A stretch of DNA of 64,000 bases from positions 1,248,001 through 1,312,000 of the forward strand of contig CAWJGT010000009.1 of the NCBI GenBank assembly GCA_963842525.1. The letters are read 5' to 3'. Each line of letters begins with the position of its first letter. The stretch's first letter is position 1. The translations under genes and the position numbers were made by a program. The DNA is from an uncultured Holophagales bacterium. Lineage in GTDB: Bacteria > Acidobacteriota > Thermoanaerobaculia > Multivoradales > UBA5704. The notes under the pieces were generated by a model that was not told the DNA's origin, searched no databases, and saw nothing but the letters and a program-made list of their open reading frames with translations. This document shows positions 41,501 through 52,175 of this stretch, in pieces.

Positions 41501-42123
41501 CGCTTGAGCGACCGGAGGGCGCGCTCGACCTCGGAGATCACGTCGTCGAGCCGGAGCAGGTTGGCCGTGGCCTCCTGGAGCTTGACCTCGGCGATGCTCT
41601 TGCGCGCCTTGTAGCGCGTGATCCCGGCGGCCTCCTCGATCAGCTTGCGGCGCTCCTGGGGCTTGCCGGAGAGGATCATTCCGATCTTGCCCTGCTCGAT
41701 GACCGAATAGGCCCGGATGCCCAGGCCGGTGTCCATCAGCAGGTCCTTGATCTCCTTCAGGCGGACCAGCTTGCCGTTGATGCGGTACTGGCCCTCGCCG
41801 CCACGGTAGACCCGCCGGCTGATGGAGATCAGGCCCTCGTCGGAGCGGGGGAACGACGGATCGGTCCGCAGCACCAGGCAGCACTCGGCCATGCCCAACG
41901 GCTTGCGCTGCTCGGAGCCGTTGAAGATGACGTCCTCCATCGTGCCGCCGCGCAGGCTCTTGGCGCTCTGCTCGCCGAGCACCCAGGTGATGGCCTCGGA
42001 GAGGTTGCTCTTGCCGCAGCCGTTGGGGCCGACGATGGCGGTGGTACCGCCCGCGAAGTGGACGGTGACGGGATCAACGAAGGACTTGAATCCGGAGATC
42101 TCTAGGCGTTCGAGCTTGAGCAT
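38592..42123 (-). CDS. smc: Chromosome segregation protein SMC; frameshift at about 39650
   Basis: GFKSF, GPNGCGKSN, coiled coils, MSGGEKAL, ILDEVDAPLD, ITHN. Confidence 0.95.
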
Positions 42124-42193
42124 CGTGGAAGACCTCTCGTCCGTGGGGAAGAGAGTAACCCAGGCACCGCAGATGGGGGAAGTCTAGGAAACA

Positions 42194-42209
42194 GCCACTA
42201 GATGTGGTA
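42194..42209. promoter_or_regulatory. NrdR-box-like site upstream of smc
   Basis: gccactagatgtggta resembles the consensus acaCwAtATaTwGtg; single copy only. Confidence 0.3.
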
Positions 42210-42216
42210 GGGCTTT

Positions 42217-42274
42217 CCTCACCCCCTGGCCCCCCTCTCCCATCTCCCTTCCCAACCTCCGCCGGGAGAGGGGG
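42217..42274. repeat. REP-like palindrome, family A (CCTCACCCCCTGGCCCCCTCTCCC...GGGAGAGGGG)
   Basis: Near-identical copy at 48406..48461; related copies near 7884, 11778, 42599 and 49130. Confidence 0.75.
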
Positions 42275-42309
42275 AACCGCTGCTGGCAGAAGCGGATACG
42301 CTCTCGTCC

Positions 42310-44231
42310 ATGGTCCTGTCGCCCTGGCTTCCGCCGTCCGGTTCCCTCGCCTTCTGGGGGGCCCACCTGCTGGCGCTGCTGCTCCTGGCGGCCACCGTCT
42401 GGGTGGCCGGCCGGGCGGCGACGCGGCGTCTGGAGATCGGAAACGGATGGGAAGGCTTCGCGATTCCGGCGGCGCTCGGGTTGGTGGTTCTTGCTCATGT
42501 CCTACTGCTGCTCGGATTCGTGGGGCTTCTCTCGCGGGGGGCGGTGATTCTGGTGGTGGCGGGGGTGTATCTGATTGGGCTGTATGCGCGAGCCCGGAAC
42601 CCTCACCCCCGGCCCCTCTCCCAGCCTCACTCCCGACCACCGGGAGAGGGGAGCCCCCACCCAAAAACTCACTGGCAGCGCCTTTTGCCCCCTCTCCCGG
42701 GCGGTAGGGAGTGCGGATGGGAGAGGGGGGCCAGGGGGGTGAGGGTCTCCGCTGGGCCTGCTGCTCGTGGCCATCCCTCTCTTCGTCCTCGCCCTCTATC
42801 CGCCGATCGAGTTCGACGAGACCCTCTACCACCTCCCGTATGCCCGGGCCTTCGCCAGCACGGGCGGCGTGCCCTTCCTGCCGGAGCTGCGTTTCCCGGT
42901 CTTCCCGCAGCTCGTCGAGGTCCTCTTCACTGCCATGCTGCTCGTGACGGGCGACGTCGCTCCCCATCTGATCAATCGCTGCTGGCGGTGCTGGCGACCG
43001 CGGCGCTCCTCGTTGGCTGGGGACGGCGGCTGGGCTCGCCGGCGGTGGGCTGGCTGGCTGGCGGCCTCTGGCTGGGCAACCCCATCGTGGCCCACCTCGC
43101 GGGGACCGGCTATGTCGATCCAGTCCTTGCGCTGCTCGCCATCTCGGCGGTGTGGGCGGTGGACCGGTGGAAGGGAGCCGGCGAAAGGGCCTGGCTCGTC
43201 CTCGCGGGAGTCTTCGCCGGCGCTGCTGCCGGCACCAAATACCTCGGCCTCTTCTTTGTCGGGGCGGTTTTCCTCGCCATTGCCTTCGCCGCTCCGCGGG
43301 AGCGCCGGATACGCGATCTCCTCCTCTACAGCCTGGTCGCGCTGGCGGTCGTCGCACCCTGGTATGGCCGCATCTTCTTTCATACGGGCAATCCGCTCTT
43401 CCCCTTCTTCTCCGGACTCCTTCCCGTGACGCCGACCCCCTGGGACCCCGAGGGCTGGCCGGTGTCCTCCCAGCCGCTCGGGGTGCGCCTGAGGGACGTT
43501 GGCGACCCTGCCCTGGGATGTGGTGTTCGAGCGTGGGAAGACAGGGTCCCAGCCGCCACACTCCCCGGCCTATCTGCTCGGCGTGCCGCTGCTGATCTTG
43601 GCCCTGTTCCGCGATGCGCGGGTGCGCTGGATGCTGGTGTTCTTCCTCGGGTACATGCTGCATCTTCCTGGTCCTGCACCCGGATGCGCGCTATCTCGCC
43701 GTCGCGCTGCCCCTGGCGAGCCTGGCCCTGGGCCTTTCCCTGGCACGGCGGGTCCCGCCCCGTCCGGCCGCCGTGCTGGCCGTGCTCCTCTTCCTGCCTG
43801 GGTGGGCCTATGCCGTCTATCGGATCGCGATCCAGGGTCCGCCGCCGGCCACGGCCGAAGCGCGGGACCGGTACCTGGCCGCGCGCCTGCCGGTCTATCC
43901 CGCCGTCCGCTTCCTGAACCACACGCGGGGGAGCGGCTACACCGTCTACGCCCTGCACGCCGAGAACATGGTCTACCACGCCGAGGGAGTGCTCCTCGGC
44001 GACTTGAACGGCCCGGCGAGCTTTGCGCGTATCGTTCCGCTGCTCCAGGACCCTGCGGCCCTCCACCACGAGCTGCGGCGCCTCGGGGCCGGCTATCTCC
44101 TGGTGGTCGACGGCACCGGCGTCCACCTGCCGGTTGACGATCCCGTCTTCCGCAAGCTCTTCCGCAGGGTCTACTCGGACGGGGCGAGCGAGGTCTTCGA
44201 GCTGCTGAGCCCGGGCATGTTCCGCAGATAG
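42310..44231 (+). CDS. GT-C (ArnT/PMT-like) membrane glycosyltransferase, several frameshifts
   Basis: Multiple TM segments across frames; FDETLYHLPYA, GYVD, GTKYLG, TGNPLFPF. Confidence 0.7.
42599..42746. repeat. Inverted REP family A pair inside the glycosyltransferase gene
   Basis: accctcacccccggcccctctccc ... gggagaggggggccaggggggtgagggt. Confidence 0.8.
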
Positions 44232-44794
44232 AACACTGCCCAGAGAAGGAAGGGGAGGGCCAGCTTGAACGGCAGGTTGAGGAGGTGCCTGCCGAGGCCA
44301 TAGAAGTTGCGGGCGAAGGCGCCGTAGTTGGCCACGCTCCAGGGGCCGAGCGCGGTCGCATAGAACGCCTTGACGATGAAGAAGACGACCAGGAGGTCGA
44401 AGAAGATCGTGATCAGAAGGGCCTGTCCCAGATTGGCCAGACGGTCGCGCCAGGAGATCCCGGGCACGGCCAGGAACAGCGCGCCGAGCAGCACCAGGTG
44501 GAAGTGGACATCGGTCATCCGGAACTGGTGGACGAGGCGCCGGGCCGGCGGGAAGTCACGGCGCGACACATAGGCCATGTGCTCGTTTTCCGGATGGGCG
44601 AGGACGTCGGTCCTGTCCGGCCTCTCCGTGAGGCGCACGAGGTTCCCCGACGCGGCCATGAGGAAGCGGTTGTAGCCCGGAGTCAACAGCGTCCAGAGTG
44701 CCCAGACCGGGATGAGCCAGAGCACGACGTTGCGGATGAACCGGACGGCCCAGCTCCGGGGATCCGAAGAAGGCGCCGGACGGGGCGACGTCAT
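44171..44794 (-). CDS. Exosortase H-associated membrane protein
   Basis: ATGA overlap with the exosortase stop; hydrophobic helices. Confidence 0.65.
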   Translation of the reverse strand: MTSPRPAPSSDPRSWAVRFIRNVVLWLIPVWALWTLLTPGYNRFLMAASGNLVRLTERPDRTDVLAHPENEHMAYVSRRDFPPARRLVHQFRMTDVHFHLVLLGALFLAVPGISWRDRLANLGQALLITIFFDLLVVFFIVKAFYATALGPWSVANYGAFARNFYGLGRHLLNLPFKLALPFLLWAVFYLRNMPGLSSSKTSLAPSE

Positions 44795-45354
44795 GAGGCC
44801 GCCGGCCGGGCCGGCGCGGCGAAGCGGTTCGCCCAGAAGACCCAAAGCAGCACGCCGGTCAGGATCACCAGGGTCTGCCAGATCACCGTGTGCGAGGTGT
44901 CGAAGAAGCGGGGCAGATAGGCGCCGGTCAGGAAGAGCGCCACCACGCGGATCAGGTTCACAATCTGGATGATCACGATACCGAGCCCCAGGCCGATCAG
45001 GCGCGACTTCCAGGAGGCGGGGAAGGCGAGCACCGCGGCCAGGAAGATCAGCATGGCCTCGACCCCGTTGCAGCCGTTGCGGATGTTGACCGCGAAACGG
45101 GGGCTGCGGATCACCGTGCCGTTCATGGTGACGTCCTGGCCGATCAGGTCGAGCGTCGCGCCGCTCACCCGCGCAATGCCGGCGGTGAGAGGCTCGATCA
45201 CGTTGTCGTTGACCCAGTTGAGGGAGATCAGGCTGAAGCTCAGGCCGAGCAGCAGGGCGAACACCACCAGGAAGGTGAGCTCGCGCCGGTTGCGCTGCCA
45301 GAAGGGGCCGGTCGGCCGGTCGGGGGCGGGTACAGTTTCTCTCTTGCGGGACAT
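44791..45354 (-). CDS. xrtH: Exosortase H
   Basis: IRNGCNGVEA (catalytic Cys), NLIRV (Arg), HTVIWQ (His). Confidence 0.85.
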   Translation of the reverse strand: MSRKRETVPAPDRPTGPFWQRNRRELTFLVVFALLLGLSFSLISLNWVNDNVIEPLTAGIARVSGATLDLIGQDVTMNGTVIRSPRFAVNIRNGCNGVEAMLIFLAAVLAFPASWKSRLIGLGLGIVIIQIVNLIRVVALFLTGAYLPRFFDTSHTVIWQTLVILTGVLLWVFWANRFAAPARPAAS

Positions 45355-45431
45355 CTGGGACCTCGAAGCTCTGAAAAAGCAGCCGGGATCTTACCACGGG
45401 CGCTACAATCTTCGTGTTCCCGGAACACTCC

Positions 45432-48394
45432 ATGAGCGGCCCGACGGTCTTCATCAGCTACAGCCATTACGACGAGGCCTGGAAGAACCAGCTCGTCAGC
45501 CAGTTACGTGTCCTGGAGATCGAGGGCGTCCTCTCCGTCTGGGATGACCGGAAGATCGCTGCCGGCGACGGCTGGCGCACCGAAATTGAGACGGCTATGG
45601 AGCACGCCCGTGCCGCCGTGCTGCTGATCTCGGCCGACTTCCTGATCTCGGAATTCATTCGTGGCACCGAGGTTCCCCGCCTCCTCCAGCGTCGCGCGCA
45701 GGATGGGCTGCGGATCATCCCGCTGATCGTCCGCCCCTGCCCATGGCGCCGGGTCCCGTGGCTGGCGGAGATCCAAGGCCGGCCCAGCGACGGCCGGCCT
45801 CTTGCCAGGGCAGCCCGGCCAGGTCGAGGAGGACCTCTCCGCGCTCGCCGGAGAGGGATTGCTGGGATGTGCTCGAGGCCGGGAGGGTGGGGGACCCTGG
45901 GACCGCGGGCGTCCCGCCCGCCCAGATTCCCATCGACCGTGGCGCTGCCGCCAGCTCAACGTCGGCCCGAGTCCGTGGAGGGCGGGCGGGACGCCCGCGG
46001 TCCCAGGGAGAAGCCACTCCCACTCTCGACATCGGCCGCCTGCCCATCCCCGGCCCGCAGTTCGTCGGCCGGGACGCGGAGATCGCGTGGCTGGATGCGG
46101 CCTGGGAGGACCCGGCCATTCACGTCCTCACCCTGGTGGCCTTCGGCGGCGTCGGCAAGTCGGCGCTTGTCGCCCGCTGGTTGGACCGCATGGCAGCTGA
46201 CGGTTGGCGCGGCGCCGTGCGGGTGCTCGACTGGTCGTTTTACAGCCAAGGGAGTAAAGACCAAAATACTTCCGCCGAGCCGTTCATCGACTACGCCCTC
46301 CGCTTCTTCGGCGATCCCGACCCCAAGGCCGGCTCCCTATACGACCGCGGCGCCCGCCTCGCCTCTCTGATCAGGCTGCAGCGCGGCCCTGCTCATCCTC
46401 GACGGCATCGAGCCGCTGCAGTACCCGCCGGGCCGGCCGGAGATCGAGGGCCGCCTCAAGGACCCCGGCCTCGTCGCCTTGCTCAAGGGCTTGGCCGCAG
46501 GTAACCCGGGCGTCTGTGTGGTCACCACTCGGGAACGGATCGCCGATCTCGCCGGTTATCCGAGCACGGCACCGCAGATCCCTCTGGAGGAACTGGAGCT
46601 GGACGCGGCGGTGGCCTTGCTCCGCCAGCTTGGCGTGGACGGCCGGGAGAGCGCGCTACGCGCTGCGGCCAAGGACGTCCAGCGGCACGCCCTCACCCTG
46701 ACCCTCCTCGGCAACTTCCTGCGCAGAGCCCACGGCGGCGATGTCCGTAAGCGGCGAGAGATCGACCTTCACCACGCCGACGAAAAGCAGGGCGGCCATG
46801 CCTTCCGCGTGATCGCCGCCTACGCCCGCTGGCTGGGAGAGGGACCGGAGCTGGCGATCCTGCGCCTCCTCGGCCTCTTCGACCGACCGGCGGAGGCCGG
46901 CCCCCTGAAGGCCCTGCGCGCCGCGCCGCCGATCCCGGGCCTCACGGAGCCCCTGGTGGACCTCTCGGGCGAAGATTGGCGGCTCGCCGTCACCACCCTG
47001 CGAGAGCACAGCCTGCTGACGGCGGCCGATCCGCGAGAGCCGGAGACTCTCGATGCCCATCCCCTGGTGCGCGCCTGCTTCGCGGAAGAGCTGGAGAGCC
47101 ACCGCCCCGAAGCTTGGCAGGAAGGTAACCGGCGTCTCTACGAGCACCTGCGCCAAGCAGCGCCGGACTTCCCCGACACCTTGGAAGCGATGCAACCCCT
47201 CTACGCCGCCGTCGTCCACGGCTGCCGGGCGGGACGGCAGGAGGAGGCAATGGACGAGGTTTTCTGGCGGCGGATCCGGCGGGGTGAACAGGCGTTCAGC
47301 TGGAGAAAGCTTGGGGCCTTTGGCTCGGAGCTGACGGCGCTGGCGGGCTTCTTCGATCGTCCTTGGTCCCAGCCCTCCGCTCGCCTCACCTCAGGATGGA
47401 CAGGCGTTCGTCCTGCACGAGGCCGCCTTCTACCTGCGAGCCCTGGGGCGCTTGGCGGAGGCGATTGAACCGATGCAGGCGGGGCTGGAGGCACGCATCG
47501 CCCAAGAGAACTGGAAGAACGCGGCGATCAGCGCAAGCAACCTCGGCGAGCTGACCCTGACCCTGGGAGACGTGTCGCGCGCCGTGGCATTCGGCGGACA
47601 GAGCGTCGAGCTGGCCGACCGCAGCGGCGATGCCTTCTTTCGGATGGTAGTGCGTGCGAGATGGGCCAACTCCCTGCACCAGGCGGGCCGGTGGGAGGAG
47701 AGCGGGGCAGCCTTCCGCGAGGCTGAAGCGATGCAGGCGGAGCGGCAGACGAAATACCCCCGGCTTTACTCGCTCCAGGGCTTTCAGTACTGCGATCTGC
47801 TGCTGAGCCGGGCGGAGCCTGGGGCCGGTTCCGGGCTGGACGGGCTCGCCGGGCTGGGCTCGTCGGAAGAGGCGGAGCGGTTCAAGCAGGCCTGCCTGGA
47901 GGTGCTGGAGCGGGGGAAGCAGACGCTGGATTGGGTCACAAGCGATTTACTAGTGTTACAGGTCCTCTCGATTTCGCCTTCGAACACCTCACCCTGGGCC
48001 GCGCCCACCTCGGCTTAGCCCTGGCCGGAGGCCCGATACCTCCGGGCTCACCCAAGTCCCTCGGTCACTGGATCAGGCCGTGGACGGCCTGCGGCAGGCC
48101 GGTCAGGAACTCTATTTGCCCCTTGGCCTCTTGGCCCGCGCCGCTCTCCGTCGCTTCCATTCCGACTTTGCCGGCGCCGCCGCAGACCTCACCGAGACTC
48201 TGGAGATCGCTGAGCGAGGCCCGATGCGGCTTCACGAGTGTGACGCGCACCTGGAGTGGGCACGCTTGTGCCGGGATCAGGGGGATCTCGCCGCGGCGCG
48301 GCGGCATTTGGCGCAGGCGCGGGAGCTGGTGAACGAGACCGGGTATGGGCGGCGGGAGCGGGAGGTGAGGTGGTTGGAGAGGGAGGTGGGGTAG
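45432..48394 (+). CDS. TIR-STAND ATPase-TPR protein, multiple frameshifts (possibly a pseudogene)
   Basis: TIR VFISYSH...LISADFLISEFIRGTEV; Walker A GGVGKS; Walker B LILDGIE; HPLVR; TPR-like C-terminus ending GYGRREREV. Confidence 0.75.
45895..46008. repeat. Inverted REP family B pair in the TIR-STAND linker
   Basis: ccctgggaccgcgggcgtcccgcccgc ... gcgggcgggacgcccgcggtcccaggg; the same REP occurs around the RAYT gene. Confidence 0.85.
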
Positions 48395-48487
48395 GGGGCG
48401 GGAGTCCTCACCCCCTGGCCCCCTCTCCCATCTCCCTTCCACCGCCGCCGGGAGAGGGGGGACGCATCCGGAGACGTGCGGGGAGCT

Positions 48488-48800
48488 TCCCCTCGTTGGA
48501 GGAGTCAACCTCCATGCGACGGGTAGTGACCCCCTGGTGAGGGGGGCCAGGCCCCTCGCGACAGGCACAGCCCCCCTGAGTAGGGGAGCCAGCCCCCTGG
48601 CCGGGGGGAATGCCCCTGGCGCCCCAGGGGTGGTCCCCCCGGCCGGGGGACATCACCCTCTGTCCGGGGGAGTCAGCCCCCTGGCGAGGGGAGTTGCCCC
48701 TGTCGCAACGGGCCTTGGCCCCCTGAGGAGGGAGAGTGCTCCCCTGCCCAGGGGGAAAGCTCCGATCCTCGGGGGACTTTCCCCGCTCCTCAGGGGATCC
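48488..48800. repeat. Degenerate 21-bp-period array of CCCC-n-GGGG units
   Basis: C-runs near 48530, 48552, 48571, 48593, 48613, 48635, 48656, 48677, 48697, 48719, 48741, 48762 and 48781. Confidence 0.75.
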
Positions 48801-48842
48801 GCCGCTGTCCACTGATTCCGCAGCACCCAACGGCAGGGCGGG

Positions 48843-49107
48843 GTAGAGACGCCCCAGTCCGTGACCACGAACCTGCCGGGTGTACACAGACGGGGCGTCT
48901 CAAGGCCTCGCCGGCGAAACGGGTTCGTGCTCGCGCAGGGAATACCGCCTGGGACGCTGTACGCAGGGACGGCCATCCCGTCACCATTCGCATACGGGAG
49001 GCCCAGCGTCCACGGCGTGCTGCCGGCGTTGGTGGTTGTTGGGGCCTTGAGACGCCCCGACTGTGTGCACCCGGTCGGTTCGTGGTCACGGACTGGGGAG
49101 TCTCTAC
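48843..49107. mobile_element. REPIN/MITE-like element with ~65-bp terminal inverted repeats and GTAG ends
   Basis: gtagagacgccccagtccgtgaccacgaac...ggggcgtctcaaggcc, with its reverse complement ending ...ggggagtctctac. Confidence 0.75.
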
Positions 49108-49171
49108 TCAGGATGAAACCGCAACGTTCCCCCCTCTCCCGGGCGGCAGGGGAATGCGGATGGGTTCTTCA

Positions 49172-49201
49172 TTGACAACCCCCGGCCCACAGCCATACGA
49201 T
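49172..49201 (+). promoter_or_regulatory. Sigma70 promoter of the pyrRBC operon
   Basis: TTGACA-N18-TACGAT. Confidence 0.65.
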
Positions 49202-49234
49202 GCCGCGGGCTCGTTCGGAGCCCCACCCCAATAC

Positions 49235-49795
49235 ATGGCCAAGAATCTGACGCCGAAGAACACGATCCTCGACGCCAAACAGATGGCGCGGATCATCCGG
49301 CGGATGGCTGGCGAGATCGTCGAGCGCAACCAGGACCTCTCGCAGCTCCTCCTCGCCGGGATCCGCACCCGTGGCGTTCCCCTTGCCGAGAAGATCGCTG
49401 CCGAGATCGAGCGCATGGAGGGGGTCAAGGTGCCGGTGGGCATCCTCGACATCACCCTCTATCGCGACGACCTGTCGACCATCGCCGCCCAGCCGCAGGT
49501 CAAGGGTACCCACCTTCCGCGGTCGATCGACGACTGCGTGGTGGTGCTCTGCGACGACGTCCTCTACACCGGACGCACCGTGCGCGCCGCCCTCGACGAG
49601 CTCGTCGACTTCGGCCGTCCGCGGGCCGTGCGGCTCGCCGTGCTGATCGACCGCGGCCATCGCGAGCTGCCGATCCAGGCGGACGTGGTCGGCAAGAAGG
49701 TCCCCACCTCGCAGGACGAGGTCATCGAGGTCTCCTTCGAGGACACAGACGGCACCGAGCAGGTCCGCATCCTGGAGCGTAAACCGCCCCGATGA
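49235..49795 (+). CDS. pyrR: PyrR regulator/uracil phosphoribosyltransferase
   Basis: [33 protein letters not shown]. Confidence 0.95.
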   Translation: MAKNLTPKNTILDAKQMARIIRRMAGEIVERNQDLSQLLLAGIRTRGVPLAEKIAAEIERMEGVKVPVGILDITLYRDDLSTIAAQPQVKGTHLPRSIDDCVVVLCDDVLYTGRTVRAALDELVDFGRPRAVRLAVLIDRGHRELPIQADVVGKKVPTSQDEVIEVSFEDTDGTEQVRILERKPPR

Positions 49796-50737
49796 CCACC
49801 GAGCCTCTCCGCTGGACCCGGAAGGACCTGTTGGGGATCTCCGATCTGTCCCCGGCGGAAATCGAGCTGATCCTGGACACCGCCGAGTCGTTCCGCGAGG
49901 TCGGCGAGCGCCCCATCAAAAAAGTCCCGACGCTGCGCGGCAAGACGGTTCTCAACCTCTTCTTCGAGGCCTCGACGCGCACCCGGTCGAGCTTCGAGAT
50001 CGCCGAGAAGCGCCTGTCGGCCGACAACCTCAATTTCTCGACCTCGGGCTCGGCCCTGGAGAAGGGCGAGAGCCTGATCGACACCGCCATGAACCTGCAG
50101 GCCATGGCCCCCGACCTGGTGGTCATCCGACACGGCGCTCCCGGCGTGCCGCACATGCTGGCGCGCCGCCTGGAGGCAGGGGTCATCAACGCCGGCGACG
50201 GCGCCCACGAGCATCCGACCCAGGCGCTGCTCGATGCCTTCACGATCCGCCGGCACAAGGGGCGGCTCGCCGGCCTCAAGGTGGCGATCGTCGGCGACAT
50301 CGAGCACAGCCGGGTCGTGCGCTCGAACATCCACCTGCTGACCAAGATGGGCGCCCGCGTGGTGGTTGCCGGCCCGCGCACCCTGATGCCGGTCGCGGTG
50401 GAGACGATGGGGGTCGAGGTCGCCTACTCGCTGGAGGACTCGATCCGCGACGCGGACGTAGTCATGATGCTCCGCATCCAGCTCGAGCGGCAGGGCCGGA
50501 TGGCCTTCCCCTCGATCAAGGAGTACTTCCAGCTCTTCGGCCTCACCGCCGAACGCCTGAAGGCGGCCAAGGAGGACGTGATCATCATGCACCCGGGGCC
50601 GATGAACCGGGGCGTCGAGATCGCGAGCGACGGTGGCGGACGGCCCCTACTCGGTCATCCTGGAGCAGGTCGCCCACGGCGTGTCGGTGCGGATGGCCGT
50701 CCTCTACCTGCTCTCCGGCGTGCGCGAGGAGCCCTGA
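49792..50737 (+). CDS. pyrB: Aspartate carbamoyltransferase; frameshift at about 50632
   Basis: [29 protein letters not shown]; the C-terminus [18 protein letters not shown] lies in the shifted frame. Confidence 0.95.
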
Positions 50738-50738
50738 G

Positions 50739-52034
50739 ATGCCCAGCCTGCTGATCCACGGCGGCCGGCTCGTCGATCCGAGCCAGGACCTCGACGGGCG
50801 GTTCGACCTCCTGCTCGAAGACGGCGCCGTCGCCAGGATCGACGGCAGGATCGCGAAGCCCAAGGGGGCCGAGACGATCGATGCCACCGGTCTGGTCGTG
50901 ACCCCTGGGCTGATCGACATGCACGTCCACCTGCGCGAGCCCGGGCAGGAATACAAGGAGACGGTGCGCACCGGCACCATGGCGGCCGCCGCGGGCGGCT
51001 TCACCGCCGTGGCCTGCATGGCCAACACCATCCCGGCGAACGACAACCGGTCGATCACCGAGCACATCCTCCTGGAGGCCCGCCGCCACGGCTTTGCGCG
51101 GGTCCACCCGATCGGCGCCATCAGCAAGGGGCTCGACGGCCAGGAGCTGGCCGAGATCGGCGAGATGGTCGCCGCCGGCGCCGTGGCGGTCTCGGACGAC
51201 GGCAAGCCGGTGATGAACGCCGAGCTGATGCGGCGGGTGTTGCTCTACGCCCAGCACTACGGCATTCCGGTCATTCAGCACGCCGAAGACCTGAACCTCA
51301 CCGGCAAGGGCGTGATGCACGAGGGGGAGTGGTCGACGAAGCTGGGCCTCGCGGGCATCCCCGGATCGGCCGAGGACGTCATGGTGGCCCGCGATCTGAT
51401 CCTCGCCGAGGACGCCGGCGGCCGGTACCACGTCGCCCACCTCTCGACCGCGCGCAGCCTGGACCTGGTGCGCCGCGGAAAGTCTCAGGGCACCCCAGCG
51501 CTGCGGGTCACCTGCGAAGTGACGCCCCACCACGTGCTGCTGACCGACGAGGAGGTGGCGAAGACCGGTTTTTCGACCTGCTGCAAGATGAAGCCGCCGC
51601 TGCGCTCCCAGCGCGACGTCGAGGCCCTGATTCAGGGGCTCGCCGACGGCTCCGTGGACTGCATCGCCAGCGACCATGCCCCGCACCATGTGGACGAGAA
51701 GGACGTCGAGTTCGACCGCGCCCCGTTCGGCATCCTGGGCCTGGAGACGACACTGAGCCTCTGCCTCGACCGGCTGGTCCACCCAGGCATCCTGAGCCTC
51801 TCCCGCCTGGTCGAGCTCCTCGCGACCGGCCCGGCGCGCGTCCTCGGCCTCCCGAGCGGCACCCTGAAGGAGGGGAGCCCGGCCGATGTTTCCCTTTTTC
51901 ACCTGGACGAGGAGATCACGGTGATCGCTTCCGCCTTCCGCAGCAAGTCCCGCAACACCCCCTTCGACGGCTGGAAGCTCAAGGGCCGGCCGAGGGGGAC
52001 GGTGGTTGGGGGGCGGCGGGTGGAGCTGCCGTAG
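50739..52034 (+). CDS. pyrC: Dihydroorotase
   Basis: [25 protein letters not shown]. Confidence 0.95.
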   Translation: MPSLLIHGGRLVDPSQDLDGRFDLLLEDGAVARIDGRIAKPKGAETIDATGLVVTPGLIDMHVHLREPGQEYKETVRTGTMAAAAGGFTAVACMANTIPANDNRSITEHILLEARRHGFARVHPIGAISKGLDGQELAEIGEMVAAGAVAVSDDGKPVMNAELMRRVLLYAQHYGIPVIQHAEDLNLTGKGVMHEGEWSTKLGLAGIPGSAEDVMVARDLILAEDAGGRYHVAHLSTARSLDLVRRGKSQGTPALRVTCEVTPHHVLLTDEEVAKTGFSTCCKMKPPLRSQRDVEALIQGLADGSVDCIASDHAPHHVDEKDVEFDRAPFGILGLETTLSLCLDRLVHPGILSLSRLVELLATGPARVLGLPSGTLKEGSPADVSLFHLDEEITVIASAFRSKSRNTPFDGWKLKGRPRGTVVGGRRVELP

Positions 52035-52175
52035 GCCCCTCCCCCGCAGGGCGAGGGGAGCGCGGTGTATGATTTTCTTCATGTCCGTTACGCCACCACG
52101 TCCCACTTTCGCCGCTTCGCCGCACCCTTGAGGGCAGAGATCCTCGGACCGCATTGGACCCCAAATAGATTGCAT

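Noticed and set aside
49108-49234. PyrR-binding attenuator
   Set aside because: The leader after the promoter is only about 30 nt, and no PyrR-binding loop or terminator is recognisable.
52035-52175. SAM riboswitch upstream of mtnBDC
   Set aside because: No recognisable SAM-I/II consensus. The mtnBDC cluster itself is ordinary methionine salvage.
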